DNA of 60,581 bases, filler included, from Sphacelaria rigidula (GCA_964200075.2; 8 parts of 8 records of this genome joined end to end with filler, not necessarily neighbours in it); one strand, 5' to 3'; counted from the whole stretch's first letter, positions 1 through 13,221 are shown. The notes: generated by a model not told the origin, from the sequence alone. Numbers and translations are program-made.

Positions 1-789
1 GGGTAATCAGGCAAAAGAAATCGTGAATTTGGTGATTTTGAGTCGTGATGATTGTCCTAACCGTGCAATATTTCATCACTGGCTTATCCAAGGAGATTTT
101 CCAAATGGGCTTATTTTGTGGGACATGGAAAGTAAGTATTATTTATTGCTTATTTATTGTTTATTTGTCGCACTTGAACCCCTTGCTTTCGCGGGATGAG
201 TCCCTGGTCTCAGGGAATCAACCCATCTCTGCCCCGGTACACGCTTTGCATTTTGGTGTATTGGATTGGGTCATGACTATCACCACTCGCACCGCGGCAA
301 CTCAAGTCAAACCAACTCAGTCGACTACTTTGTTTACTCACGTTCTCACGCTTTCTACGGTGGAAATCATACGTTGCGATGAAGAAAACAACGGATCGGG
401 AAACAAACCCTGGTTTTATCCACCGTAATGGCGACAGTCGAGCGATTACACCACAGGGGCGCGGCGGTAGTACATTTATGAAAAACACTCCCGAGGGCAA
501 AATTATGAAGGAACATATGCTGTATCATTTAGGTTGTATCCCTTAAGTGTCATCGACGTTTTTGTGAAAAATGGGTACTGTTTTTTGCCCTCAACTCGTA
601 GCATGCATATTTTTATCATGCCCTTGCGCTACTCCGTACCAAGTTTCATTTTCAACTCTCTCAAGGAAGCTGCGGAATCAAGATGTACGGCCAGACCCGT
701 TTTGAGACTGGACCAGCTAATGAAGCTGGGACATCCATTTTGCACATTATTCTGCCACTGCGACGCTGCAGCAACGGCGACCGTAAATG

Positions 790-1127
790 TAGTGTGTTTT
801 GTGCTGTCATGCCACCTATTCTGGACGCCAGTCTACACCTTTGTGTATACGTGGGCGCATCAGCCGTGATCACACAGGAGGGAGGCCAACACAGGGATTT
901 TTTCTTTACTTCGGTTATCCACCTTCCTTCTGCGTCACTTTTTATCGCGAAATGAGTGCAGTGATCCATTTCCCGCGTCGATCATGAAGTCGACATACTC
1001 GCTCTCCACTGTTGGGTACGGTGTGATAATCAAGGCCAGACCGTGGAACTTCACCGAAACTCGAACCCGCCACCGAACCGTCAGAAAGTTCCGAGGTTGC
1101 CAACTGAGCCAGCGGAGCGACTGGCAT
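790..1127 (-). mobile_element. tRNA-derived SINE, family A
   Basis: Minus-strand head has A box TGGCTCAGTTGG and B box GGTTCGAGTT. The body (cctattctggacgccagtctacacc...cacacaggagg) is shared with 17482-17790, 35806-36173, 37770-37828, 47603-47957 and a fragment near 7010-7040. Confidence 0.8.
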
Positions 1128-1834
1128 AATGTGGCTCTTGGGAAAACGCATGAAATTCTGTTAGCCTGACAACATGAAACGTCAATAAATACTCCGCGAA
1201 AGAGTTCCGGCGTGACCTGGAATGGCGCGGCTTTTCCGGGTCTGCTGATTGGCTTGAACCAACCAATTGTTTCACCTTCACTCCAACCACCCAGAGTAGG
1301 TCTGTACAGATCTTTCTGCTACGTTGCGCCACGCATTGTGACTGCGCCTTCGACTATGTATGCAGAAGGCCAACGAAAAACGAAGGGTGTTCGATGGTCT
1401 ATCTAGCCCATGCAAATGGCTCATCGCCTATACGTGGACGTTTTTGTCAGTCATTTTGTTTGGCCTGGCACAAGTGCAGCTTGCCATGTCACGGGGAACA
1501 TGTTTCCGCTGCTGCTGTCGCTGCTGCTCTGATAACAAGGTACATTTCCAGCCTGTCTGCACTCAACTTTATAAGCTGCAAATTCAACGGCAAGTAGTAC
1601 ATGTGTAAGGAAAATGCCCTTGGTCTCGTTGGACCAAACCTTGCGTGTGCGTAACGTTGTGGTGGGCTCTGCCACGGGAAATAGGAAGACAGAACTCAAG
1701 ACACGACCCCTTCTGACTTCACATCAGAAGCACATCGCCCAACTCACAGCTGACAGTACACCCACCACATGGGCAACCCCCGAACATGTAGCTTTTGTTG
1801 ACTTTTTGTTCTTTTTTGTTAATTCTTAATCTAC

Positions 1835-2000
1835 AACGTCGTTGTCTTCAATTTTTTTTTATTTTCTGTCCCTTCCTTTTTAGAGCTGAGTGTTTCAGTT
1901 TTGTTTTTGTCGGGTACGTCCATCATGAGACCACGGCTGGACCCCTGAAGGGTCAGCCCAAAGTACGGCAATCCAATCCAATCCAATCCAATCAAATCAA
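1835..2000 (+). mobile_element. Non-LTR retroposon 3' end, family L-A, with (CAATC/CAAT)n tail
   Basis: Conserved block gtacgtccatcatgagaccacggctggacccc followed by a CAAT-type tail. Other variably 5'-truncated copies at 6003-6670, 13255-13395, 19108-19675, 29471-29650, 30418-30550 and 32800-32935. Confidence 0.7.
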
Positions 2001-5000
2001 TGTAGGCTGCGCCAAGAGCAGTAAAATCAAGGGCAGCGATATCTTGTGTTGGTGAGAAAAATGTATAGAAAAACGCCTCCGTGGTACTGGGCCATATATT
2101 GCCCGAACTGTGTTGCCTCCACTCGCAATGCAGCACGCTGTAAACTGCTGAAGTGAGCCCTCCCGTTCACTGGGCTGAAGGAACGTGAAGCTTGATTTTG
2201 TTCATCAGCGTAAACAGGGAAAATTCGTTAGAGCCTCCCCCAAGCAGTTGACAATGTAACATCCCATTTCGTTTCTGCATTCTGCAAAAGAAACGCGTTT
2301 CAGAAACTGTACGCATATTTTTTTTCACTCGTTTCTCTGATGCGTCAGCAGTGCTGGAAAAGATTGACGGCTGTACCACTACAGCCAGAAAATGAAAGGT
2401 CGAACTTTGATCAATCGTTTTGCATAAGCCGATTAAAATGTCAGTGGTACCTGACAATATGGGTGCTGGACGTTGACAAGTGATTTGGATGGGGGTAAAC
2501 AGGTAGTTTCACCACCCACGAGATGTACGCAACGATCGAAAAAAAACGTGCTGAAGAACGTCCAACCCGAACACGAGGGAGCATCGAAGATTCTGGGGGA
2601 TGCTGTACGAAAAATGAACGGAGATTTCAATTCGATGTCAAGATACATGAGACAAACTATCTCATTTGTTTTGATGTAGTAACATGCAAATCGCGCTGAA
2701 ATTCATGTTTTGATATCACATAGTTGCAAGTTGTTAGATGCGTCCAATTTTTCGTACGAGTGTAGAAAATACAGGCACGCACGGGATCGGGACATGTTGT
2801 CGGGATCGTGTTTACTCCGTTGTAACAGATTCTGCTGAAGGTATTATTAGTATATCATGATGGCTGCATTCTGAGTTGGGAATTGGCATTCTATTAGTGG
2901 TCGATACACTGAAGCCACGAGTCTTGGGAGGCGGCTGTCGCTGCAGGCGTCCTCAGCACAGGATACTGCAGGGGGTAAATTTTGGGGGCTACCAAACGCG
3001 GTGGGTACTGACTGAGGGGGATGTTTTTTCGGGGGAAAATATGCTTCAGTATTCTGTACTATCAGATATCTCTCGCATTACAAGCATATTCTGGCATAGC
3101 GAGGTGAGCGTACCCCGTAAACCGCAGAAGGGATAGCCATGTTCCAATGTATCCGATTCCGCGTGTCGGAGTATATCGTCTGGGTTATCGGGCTCCTTCC
3201 AGTGAGGTTGCAGGTGCAGTATGTCTTGCCCGCATCAAGGTGGTGTGCGCGCAGTGTGACACGCCGGTGCTTTATAGTCACCCAGTTGCTACCCAGACAT
3301 ATCATCGCCCTACGTTGACATGTATATATGTCGACGTGAGCTGAGGCTACAGACCACCAGACAGACGTGAACAATTTATACAAACCACGGTATCAAAAAC
3401 TCTAGAGATGGTGCTCATTCACAGCTGCCCAAAGTTGTACTCAGTTGTCATGATCTGCCACCGAAAACCATCGAGTAAATCCTCTTCTGATGATCCTAGC
3501 CACGTCCGGTTTGGCGCAAATATGCTCGAGGTTAACCAACGTGCATGCAGGCTTCTCCGAATGCTCCTTCGGATTCGAGTTCGTGGTTGTTTTCGAGCTC
3601 TGGAACATTCATTCGATGAAAAATCGTAGTTTGGTTACGACAAGGCCATGTTAGTCGAAAGGATCTGGGATGGCACTACCGCGTCGTGTCGCCGGTTGAG
3701 CACGTTAAATGTTTCTCCCAATTCGAATCAATTTTTAAATCCTTGGCAATTTTTTCCCGCCTCAATTGTAATCTCATCCATCATATTAACTGTGACGAAC
3801 CTTAACTCGATCAAGATGTGAAATTCCATTTTTTTCCCTTACATATCTTTTGTGTTTGATATCAGCATGTTCACGCGGTGGCTAGCATTGCACGCGATCC
3901 AACTGTTGCCCAGAGGTCCAACCCACCTTCATATCTCAATCCGGGCTACTCACAACGTTAGAGGTTTGGTGGAATCGTCGCAGCTAGTTGTTGCCGACGT
4001 GGCTACCTCATAACCCGCCTGCACTTTTCAAAAGCACGGGGTCGTTGGGGGAAATTGGTTATTCGAGATGTGTTGTACATGAACCTCTTTTTCCTCCCAT
4101 TGTCAGATGTTAGGTTACGCCAAGTCACTGAGTCAGGTGAACGGCACCTTACCGTTGTCACTGGCGTCAAGTGTAAACCCTCTCCGGGCGTTGTCATGTA
4201 TTGACGTTCCAAAAGATCTGACAATTGTTGCTCTAGTCTAGTCAGCTTGAAATTACAGCACCAAAAACGATTGTACATCTGTTTAGTGTAGGAACATCTT
4301 TTCAAACCTTCTCGACTCACGTCTGGTAATTGGAGTCATATGAGTCATTGCTGTTGCGATTCAGATTCGGTGTTTATAGAAAGTGATGTTTCTAGGTGTA
4401 TGCCTGTGCTGCGTACGAAACGAATGTAATATATAGTACCAGGTATGTAGCAACGAAGGGAACGTCGTAAATTCTCACCAGAAACACGTGGCCACGACGG
4501 AATGCCACTGGTCGATATGCATATGCATGTTGATTTCATTGTTCGATCGTCGCAAATTACCCAATTCCCAGAGAACCAACCGTGGTGATACGGTAGACGT
4601 GTCCAAGATTAATTTAACACAGATAGTCGCTAAAGATAAGGCAAGCAAAACAAAGACAAAAAAATCTAGAAGTGAACGACCCCTGCAACATGCCTTCAGG
4701 TGGAAACGGACTCGCGCAAAAGCACATGTATTCATACCGGAACGAAAAGAAGACTTGGTAATACGGTAAGGCTAATCTAGTTCGGCCACACTATTTTGGG
4801 TACGGGCTCTCATCCATGAATCCTACTGGAGCGAGGCACCAAACTCACACATCCCGGGACGAAAGGGATACTTACAACAAGGTAGAATTGTAGGAGCAGC
4901 GAACGCCGCAAGACCGACAGGGGGCCAAATGTTCAAGCTCTGAATATCCGTGGTAAATGCTCTCGTTTATGTGCTCCAATCCGCGATACCGCAATGTAAG

Positions 5001-6002
5001 CCGTGTACCGCGGGAAAGATGGGTCTATGCCTTGAGTCCACGAACTCGTCTCGAGGAAAAAGAAAAGGTGTTGGGACGTATGATGAAGAAGGCGTTTTCG
5101 ACAACGTTCGGCACTTGTACGTGGTGTTGGGGCCAGACTCTTGTCCGGAGATCAAGACAGCCATGTTTTACAGAAGAGGTGTAGGCTGATTGGGAGAGTA
5201 AATAAACGCAAGGCGGTGCAGGTCTTGGCGTTTTCATCCTTTCGAGCACAAGCCCCCAGCCTCGCTGCTGCATGTATTTCGGGCTTCGAAGCAAATTCCG
5301 AAGGTGCTTGTGCTTCTTCTTGTGGGATAAAAATTGATTCAAACCAGGGTTACAGTCGACTATCCTTCATAGTGGAAAGAGCATGATACTACTTTTTGAA
5401 GACCTCTTGCCCCCACGCGACAGTGCTGTATTGAGTGGTGGAGTTGTCTGTGCCCGAAAGAACAGTCCGTCACAACAAGAACTCCTTCCGGTGCTGAGGT
5501 TTTGTATCTGCCCAGCCTCACCCACCCTCTTGTCAGTTCCAACGTTACTAGAAATGTTCATTTCTAGCAGGTATCGGTTGAAACCTGCCGTATTTCGACT
5601 GTGTACTGAATCATGGGTCGAAGCAACCGAGAATATATTGACAACATCAAGAACGCGGTGGTCGGGTGCAAGAAAACACTCGATAATACTTACAGGACTG
5701 TACAGAGCAAGAGTCTGTCGGCACGAAGTTTGTCAGGGACGGTGGTCTTCGAATACTAAGTGACTGTGTAAACAACATGGAGAGATAGCGGCGACTACAC
5801 AGCGTTAATTTACCGCTTGGCTTTTGACAGTCTTGACAACCACATTGAAGTGATGTCGAACATCGAAAACAGGAAGGCATAGCTTTTCGATTTTTCTTGA
5901 ATTGGACACTTTTTGGCGATTTTTGATCAGGTGCGCTCGCAAGAGTCCTCCCCGAAATTTATGCTGTAAAGCAAGTTGAACTTCTCGCTCGGTTTGATGT
6001 TA

Positions 6003-6670
6003 ATGATTCGATTGATTGATTGATTGCGGCAATTTAACTGATCCCCCAGGGATCCAGCCGTGGTGACATGATGAACGTACCCGAGACAAACAAAACTGAG
6101 ACACTCTCTGAAGAAGGAAAACAATCAGAAAATGTGGAGCAGGACAATACAGCATAGTATACTAAGACATGATGAAGAAATATATAAAAATGAGAGAAAT
6201 GGCGGGTCTCTGCCACACGGCTCCAACGGAAAAGATCTTGCTCAGAACGGCACTCTAACCCAGTCTTGGAAAATAAAAGGTCGTGGAAGAGGAAAGGATT
6301 GCGGCTCATCTTCTATTACGGCCGCTCTATTTAGGGTATGGAACTTCCTATCCATGAAGAAACACAATGAAGCAAGGTACCACACTGGTCTGTCATACAC
6401 CGGCAGGAAATAACTCATACAAGAGCGAAATATGAGGAAAAGGGAGAACAGGGGAGGAGACGACGGAAGTGGCGAATCTCGAAGAGTTGAGGGCAGCCGA
6501 GTAGATACAAACACACACCAGAGGACATCGCAGAAGCCACCGGCCAAGGGCAAAATCAACAAGCGATATGAGCAGACAGGGTTCAATTGGCTGCCCTTGA
6601 AGTTGTAGCTTCTCGTTGGTGACGACGGTTCGATTATCGTCTGTCCTCGCGTCGCGACGTGTTCTCAAGC
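6003..6670 (-). mobile_element. Longer copy of family L-A (LINE-like 3' region)
   Basis: (TGAT)n tail at about 6003-6025. Shares both the terminal block and the upstream block (gagtagatacaaacacacacc...gatatgagcagacagg...cgcgtcgcgacgtgttctcaa) with 19108-19675. Confidence 0.7.
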
Positions 6671-7487
6671 TCTTCCGCTCCCATCTCAACTCCAATCCAA
6701 CATGCAATCTGCTTATGTTCTTCGCCGCAGTGACCCAATTTTATGCATCGTAACCTCTACACCCTGAACAAACCGTTCCCGTCGTGTTTTTTTGTGCGTA
6801 ATTTTCCCTTGTGCACATATATTACACCGGAGGTTTTCCTTCCATCGCCTGGGGGGGACGGTCAGCCTCCTTGGGCCCTCGTGCGAATAGTCGTCCGTTC
6901 ATGACGCATTTAGGAAGGCTGTTCGTCCCAATTTAATGCCTTGTATTTTGATGGGAGCAGCGCACGCAATATATAAGTACCATCTGCGTTGTTTCAAGGG
7001 TGGAAGGGCGGTCATATGTGTAGACTGGCGTCCAGAATAGCGAGACCAGTTTACCGGCGTTGGGCTACAAATGTATGTGGTTTTCAGGTATCGCTGCCCC
7101 TAACCCTAACCCCAACGCAACGCAACGCACACCGAGAAGCAACCTTCCCTTCGGTTGGAACACAGATGATGAGCGCCTGTACATTCAGAGCAGTTCCTCC
7201 TCAAGATACAGTATATATGGTCTTTACCCCGAAAAAACGGGAAGGCAAGTCGAGAACTTGTGTCATTTTGGGCGACTTGGAATTTGTATCCAACTCTTCG
7301 GCAGGCGCAACATCACGAACACTTGAAACGAAAACAACCCGTCCTTCCCATTCCCATTCGTGAAACAACGCAGATGATGCCACTTCTGTATTGAATACAC
7401 TTGTCCCGTTCAAAATATAATTTTTAGGGCAATGGACTAGAAAAGGTATACCTTCTCGTTTTTTGCCTCGGAAAGGTACGAAAAATG

Positions 7488-7587
7488 NNNNNNNNNNNNN
7501 NNNNNNNNNNNNNNNNNNNNNNNNNNNNNNNTTAATTAATTAANNNNNNNNNNNNNNNNNNNNNNNNNNNNNNNNNNNNNNNNNNNN
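7488..7587. other. Artificial assembly linker (44 N + TTAATTAATTAA + 44 N). Identical linkers at 15074-15173, 22659-22758, 30244-30343, 37829-37928, 45414-45513 and 52998-53097
   Basis: Seven identical 100-nt spacers with stops in all six frames. The intervening segments shrink monotonically from 7487 to 7484 bp, as expected for size-sorted unplaced contigs. Confidence 0.97.
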
Positions 7588-7693
7588 TGTATTGTCTCGT
7601 CCTTGTGTTGAAATGTGCTTTTTGCTTGTTTTTTTTGGCTTGATTGCTGTTCATCCTTTTTTTTTTTTTCTGTCTATCTATTTTCGTCAACAG

Positions 7694-7790
7694 TTACCAG
7701 GAAGCGATAAGCCTGTACGAGAGCCACGAGGCGTATCGGGAGCTGAGTTTCTCAAAAGACGTGCTGGCAACTCTCAACTACTACACCTCG
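7694..7790 (+). CDS. Candidate internal exon of a host gene (YQEAISLYESHEAYRELSFSKDVLATLNYYTS)
   Basis: Polypyrimidine tract and acceptor caacag|, donor TCG|gtaggt, open frame. Ends in phase 0, compatible with the exon at 13114 on the same contig. Confidence 0.6.
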
Positions 7791-8221
7791 GTAGGTCATT
7801 ACATCGATGGATACGTGGGTCTGCGGGTTCAAACCGTATAGCATCACAACCAAACTTCAGTTTCTGCGAGTTTCCCTCGGGTGAAGTTGTGGTACAACTT
7901 GTGTGTGGACGACTTCCGGCTGATATTTTTTCACGCAACTAGATACATCCGGACAACATGCGGCCGGCAATTTCATGATAGTAGCACTTGGACAACTCGC
8001 CCAAAATACATCGCAGCTGGTTGAGTACTCAACACCTAGGCAACTTGTGATGCAGCAGCTACTGTTACCCCCAAAGAACCACTCAACTTGGCATATACCG
8101 AGTGAATCGTCACCAGTAGTGCAGGGTGTGAACAGATTCCGCTAAAACGAAGCATGTCATACTCCGCATATGAGAAGCTACCGCTCGCACTACGAGCTGG
8201 GCCAGCCTAGAAACGGATTTA

Positions 8222-8320
8222 ACCCTTAGACGGCGGGAGTAGATCGTCTATTTAAGAAGCATCAATTTCACTTGCAAAAAATATGCATGGCCCAGACGGA
8301 CTACCCTCGCGGTCTAAGGA
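8222..8320. mobile_element. ~98-bp piggyBac-type MITE, degenerate copy
   Basis: ttaa-cccttagacggcg ... cgcggtctaagga. Same family as 35178-35275. Confidence 0.7.
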
Positions 8321-8449
8321 TTGAGCTCTCAAAGCAATATCTCATCGACACAGACGAGTTGGGCCGTGATCCGCACATCGTATTAATCGTCTTATCAAGG
8401 GAAAAGTGCCCATCTACTCAAAAGTCTGGGCCAATATTTTTTCCTTGTT

Positions 8450-9200
8450 TAAACCCATGTATCGTAATTCATATACCGTACGGAGATAATGTCCATTCTA
8501 AGGTCTATATGAAACCCCGAACGAAACATCTAGCGGATGAGGACGATTTTCAGTGTGGGCATACCCTTGAGCACGTGGAGACGGTGGATACCCTCTAATT
8601 CGTAATCTATCTCGGGATATGGCGCACTCAAAGGCCAATACTAAATTCAATATATCACGAGCAGAGGCACTGGATGCCCTGAACCTGGATATCGCGTCTC
8701 AGCTTTCGAGAGTTGTGCTTTATAATTTCGTGTGGAGAACCGCTAGTGCAGAATTAAATAAAATAGCAGCTTTTTTCTGTTTTCCATTTTTTTCGTTTTT
8801 TCAGGAAAGCTTTGAGGAGAAATTAACATTGCTTTTGGGCCTTCTCTCAATCTCAATTTTCAGCCCAGTTTTTAGAACTGTGATTTGAAACTTGGCATTG
8901 AGAACCACAGAGGTATGCTGAATATAAAACATGTGCTTTTTTTTTTTTTTCAAGAGGTTCGCGTATTCTCGTCAAAGAAATGGTCTTCACCATGCCAAAA
9001 CGCCCTGAACGAGTGAAAAAATGAAAAAATATCAACCTGACCCACTCCCTTTGGTTCATCATGCCCTAGCGAGGTCCCACACAAAATTTCATGACACAAA
9101 CACTTAGCGTGGGCCGGTGAGTGGCCTGCAAAATACTGTTCCGTATTGCTGCCGACCCGGTTACTAAACGGTCCATTCTCTCTTCAATATTTAGAGTATG
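8450..9200. repeat. Diverged ~0.8-1 kb repeat unit. A second copy at about 10740-12590 is interrupted by a MITE and a LINE-like tail
   Basis: Colinear blocks: ataccgtacggagata (~8472 / ~10749), cagaggcactggatgccctgaacctggat (~8662 / ~11531), tttgaaactt (~8884 / ~12251), cctagcgaggtcccacaca (~9065 / ~12452). Confidence 0.7.
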
Positions 9201-10940
9201 ACCCTAACATTTGGTGTGGTCAATGAAAAGGGCATAGTAACAACAGATTATCCGTGCACCCAAGTCATTAACGACTTTCAGCGGTCAGTGAGACGCCATT
9301 GACTCATGGAAACAAAACTTCTTGTGCACGTTTTCGTTTTTCATCATGCCCTACTCATGGTCCTCACCGAATGTTAGGGTCCAACTCTGAATATTGGCCG
9401 GCGAATGGACCTGCAAACTAAAAATTCGCGCCTACTCTGGCCCAGCTCTTACCTTCCACCTGTTGAAGTCGTGACCACCGGGTCTTCGAACTGCATGTGT
9501 GACTGTTCTGCAGGTCTGCGTCAGGTCTTGGCGTTTCGCCGCCGTCTGGCCGGCGGGTCATGTCTTCATGAGCAACGTGATTTTTAGGCCAAGACTTTCC
9601 GCTATTCACATTCCAATCTGGTCTAGTAGAGGAGGATAATACTGCCAAGACGATCACAGGACGATTTGACTTGAGAATTCATCGTTTTCCGCCCCGAGGA
9701 AATGCGACCTGTCGTGTAACGTGGTAGTTGTCGCATGATCAAGTAATGGGTAGAGAAGCAAAGCGACCAGTCGTTTGTGGATCGCGGTTAGATGGGCACC
9801 TTGTGCAACTAGTTGCTTGAAGACAACCTCCGCTTGACGTTTTTGCTCGACTGGTTGCATGAAATCAAATCTCGACAGAAGAGGTCACCGAACGAATGGT
9901 CCGTACAAAACCGTCGGATAAAAAACCTGTGCAGCTTGTTTCGTGGTAGCAACTACAATACCGCAAAATATATGCTCCACAAGGCACCTGCAAACGGAAC
10001 GATTGTGCCACGTGTTGTTTGTTGTCTGTCACGAATCCGTCAAGACCTGGGAGCTGTCTCCGGAGGCAGTTCGAGTCTTTCCCAGAGTTTTCAGTTGATT
10101 TTCTTCACGACGATCGTTGCAAATATGCATCGGATGACGAATTCGGAAAATCATACGCCGATACGACGACTCGGAAGAGGAATTTGGCCACTATGTGATC
10201 AAATCCGGGCTTTTTCGAAAGTCTAAATCTAGGAGGCAAGCTTTAAGGAACTCTGGCGTCGTGGTCACTATGGTTCCTCTTGAAGATGCCTAGGCACGCT
10301 CTGTTGTACATACTGCGGCCTTTGGTCAGCGGCGGATGAGTCGCGAAGGGCTGGGCTGTGGTTTCTACACATGCAGCACCACCAGCTGAATCGGCACGCT
10401 GCCAATCCTTGGTTCAGAGTGTAAATGGTTCTTTTTGTTTTATACAACAAATGTCGCCGGTGCTGTGAGTCGTGCAAAGCATTGCACATCAACCCCCTCT
10501 CTGTGGGTGACTGCGGGTTTCGACGGCGTCACCCAAATTGTGTTCGTTTGACGAGATACGAGCAAAACAGGGATATATACTGAAGACAGGGAACACATAT
10601 GGCTAACCCCAGAAGATCCGGTGCCGCAGGTGACCATTCGGACTCCAGGGGTTGGCACCCGGCTCTCCAACTCGACGCGCAACGCCAAGTAGAAATGAAC
10701 ATGGGGTCCGACTTGTCTCGTTGATTAAATCTCATGTCGAGTAATTCCTATACCGTACGGAGATAGCGTCCGTACTAAAATCTACGTGAAACCCTGAACG
10801 ATATATACAGCGGATGATGACGAGTTTTTGTGTGGACATTCCTTGGAGCACGGGAAAACGATCGACACCCTCACTTCTGCCTACTTCGTCATCTGTCTCG
10901 AGATTTGGCACACATGAGGTTTTACACTAAAATCAATGTA

Positions 10941-11521
10941 CCACTCTGTACGGAAATACAGCTGGGATTTGAGGTTCTAGTGGCATAACTCATGCTGGTT
11001 GACGTTGTTTTTTCGAGCGTTATTTTTTGCCAGAACCCTTGCAATGTGCCCGAAAGCGCCAAAACTGCACCGTTTGCGGAGAGCACCCATCAGCAGCGCG
11101 AAGTAGCAGCACTCAGAACTGAAGAAAAAAAATCTCCTGCAAGGTACACTTCAAGTCATCTTCTTGACAATGTCAGCGTCTGGCAACGTCGGCGGGACTG
11201 TAAAAAGAAAGAATCTCGCAATTCTGAGAAAAGGGCTGCAATCGCGGAGCTGCTGAAGGGCAGGATGAATGAAAACTGGGTACAAGGTACATTTTCCTGA
11301 CGATTTTGTGAAAACCGGGGATGACACCCAAATATCCCCGCGTAACCCGCGGAAAATCCCCCCCCCCTTCCCCCCTCCCCCCCTCCGGTGCGTGAGGTAA
11401 TGCTATCAAAACCATGTGAAGACCCCAGAAACAGCCGGTAGGACCACGAACAGCTGTTTTGTACGTATCCCATCTATATTCCCGTCACTTCAAATCCCAG
11501 CTATATCTCCGTACAGAGTGG
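10941..11521. mobile_element. Tc1/mariner-type MITE, 581 bp, ~32-bp TIRs, TA target duplication
   Basis: TA|ccactctgtacggaaatacagctgggatttga ... tcaaatcccagctatatctccgtacagagtgg|TA. Removing it restores colinearity with the uninterrupted copy at about 8645-8665. Confidence 0.85.
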
Positions 11522-11736
11522 TATGTCGAACAGAGGTACTCAATGCACTCAATCTGGATGATGCGTCTCAGTCTTTGGGGGTTGTGCTATGGAATTTTAT
11601 ACGCAAAATCGCTAGTGCATAGTGAAAAATAAAATCATTCAATGTGTTTTGTCTCTCTGTTCATATTTTTAGGAAAGTTTGAAGGGAAAATGGACAATGC
11701 TCTCGGACCCCGTCTTAGTTTTCCCGCTCAAATTCG

Positions 11737-12200
11737 TTGTTGTTGTTGTTGTTGCTGTTGTTGCTGTTGTTGTCTTCACATTAAAAATCGTTCCGATATC
11801 TGCGCGGTACATTGGTACTGGGCATCTGATGTGGACGCCTTCCGTGGTCACAGGCTATCAAAAAAACAAGAACAAAAACAGATTGAAACTCACAAAACGC
11901 GATACAAGGAAAAACAGGGATGAATAATAAAGAAGAAAGAGAATACACATGACTAACCTCAGAATATCCGGGCCGCAGGTGGCCATTCGGACTTCAGGGG
12001 GTGGCGCCCGGCTTTCCAACTCGACCCGCGACGCCAAGTAGAAATGAACACAGGGCCCGACTAGGGGCGAGACTCAAGGCCCCAAATACCGCCTACCAAA
12101 GAGCTAAGAATCGCAACGTTCCATCTTTCGGCCTCTCGAGGGACAGCCAGACGTACAAGCATACCAAATGTATCAAGACAAACACTGCATGACATAACGA
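11737..12200 (-). mobile_element. Non-LTR retroposon 3' end, family L-B, with (CAA)n tail
   Basis: (TTG)n tail at 11737-11773 and block gggcatctgatgtggacgccttccgtggtcacaggcta. Other copies at 45514-45768 (+), 47205-47594 (+) and an internal fragment at 10555-10720 (-). The copies share a residual reading frame resembling STWPRASSWKAGCHPLKSDWLPAAPDLL. Confidence 0.72.
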
Positions 12201-13113
12201 CACCCCTCATCGGGGGGGTTCATCCCCCAACCCAACTTTGAGAATTAATATTTGAAACTTACAACAGAGAATCGCAAAGGCATGTCGAAGAACAAAAACT
12301 GGGCATTCATACATGTTTTTCGGGAGAGGTGGGGACGTTTTCGTGACAATATTGTCTTTACTATACTCAAACGTCCTAAGCAAGCGAAAATAAATTCTCC
12401 GCAGTATATATATATACATCAAGTTTCCCCACTTTTTTTGGTTCGTTATGGCCTAGCGAGGTCCCACACAATAAAAAAGACAAGCACCACACCTTAGTGA
12501 ACGGCCTGGAAATATTGTACCGAATTTCGCCCGGCCCCTGTTTGTTAATCGTCCCGTCTCCACTCAATTTTTTGGAGTTGAACTTTCGAATTTGGTACGG
12601 AGAAAAAATAGGGGGAAAAGTGTCAAGCAGGACATTGTTGTTGTTTTTTTCCGTGAGTTACGGGCTTTTCATGATCACTAAGTTCTAATTATTGCCACTA
12701 ACTCACGAAAACGGAAAAAAAAAACACTGAGCCGCTCGACACTATTTTGGCATGCCCTATTCTTCTATTCTTTCTCCGTACCCAGTTCGAAAGTCCGACT
12801 CCCAAACTGAGTGGAGACGGGGTCTGCGAACCACAGATTCGCGTGTAGGCCGGCTCAGCTCGTACCGCGTGGGGGAAAGTGATTTGTTGTGCACTTCGGA
12901 TACCTTCCCTTCAGATACCTTTCCTTGATGGAGTTTTTATCGGGCGATTTTCTTTTTTTCACAGTTCTGGTTCCTTGATCGCAGGGGTAAATCGCCTCGG
13001 CATCACAGGAGTAATTTTTTGTTTCGTTGTTTTGTTTGTCGCTCGTCGTTTGATTCGTTTTGTTACGATTTTTCCGTTTCGGTTGTCCATTGAACATGAA
13101 TGATATGTATCAG

Positions 13114-13221
13114 CTGGTGCTGGGACGGCTGCCCGACAAACGGTGCAAGAACGGAGGGTGCCAGGCCCAAAAGATGGAAATGCTGCGGAGATGTCTCAAG
13201 TATGACCCGAATCATATCTTG
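13114..13221 (+). CDS. Candidate internal exon with TPR-like end (LVLGRLPDKRCKNGGCQAQKMEMLRRCLKYDPNHIL)
   Basis: Acceptor tatcag|, strong donor TTG|gtgagt, 108 nt, phase 0/0. LRRCLKYDPNH resembles a TPR helix B and turn. Confidence 0.65.

Noticed and set aside
7098..7113. Telomeric (CCCTAA)n seeds here and at about 36660-36688 and 37997-38008
   Set aside because: Only two to four imperfect units, all interstitial. No evidence for a chromosome end.
7532..7543. TTAATTAATTAA as a biological motif or piggyBac target
   Set aside because: It is centred in N runs and identical at all seven gaps, so it is an artificial six-frame stop linker.
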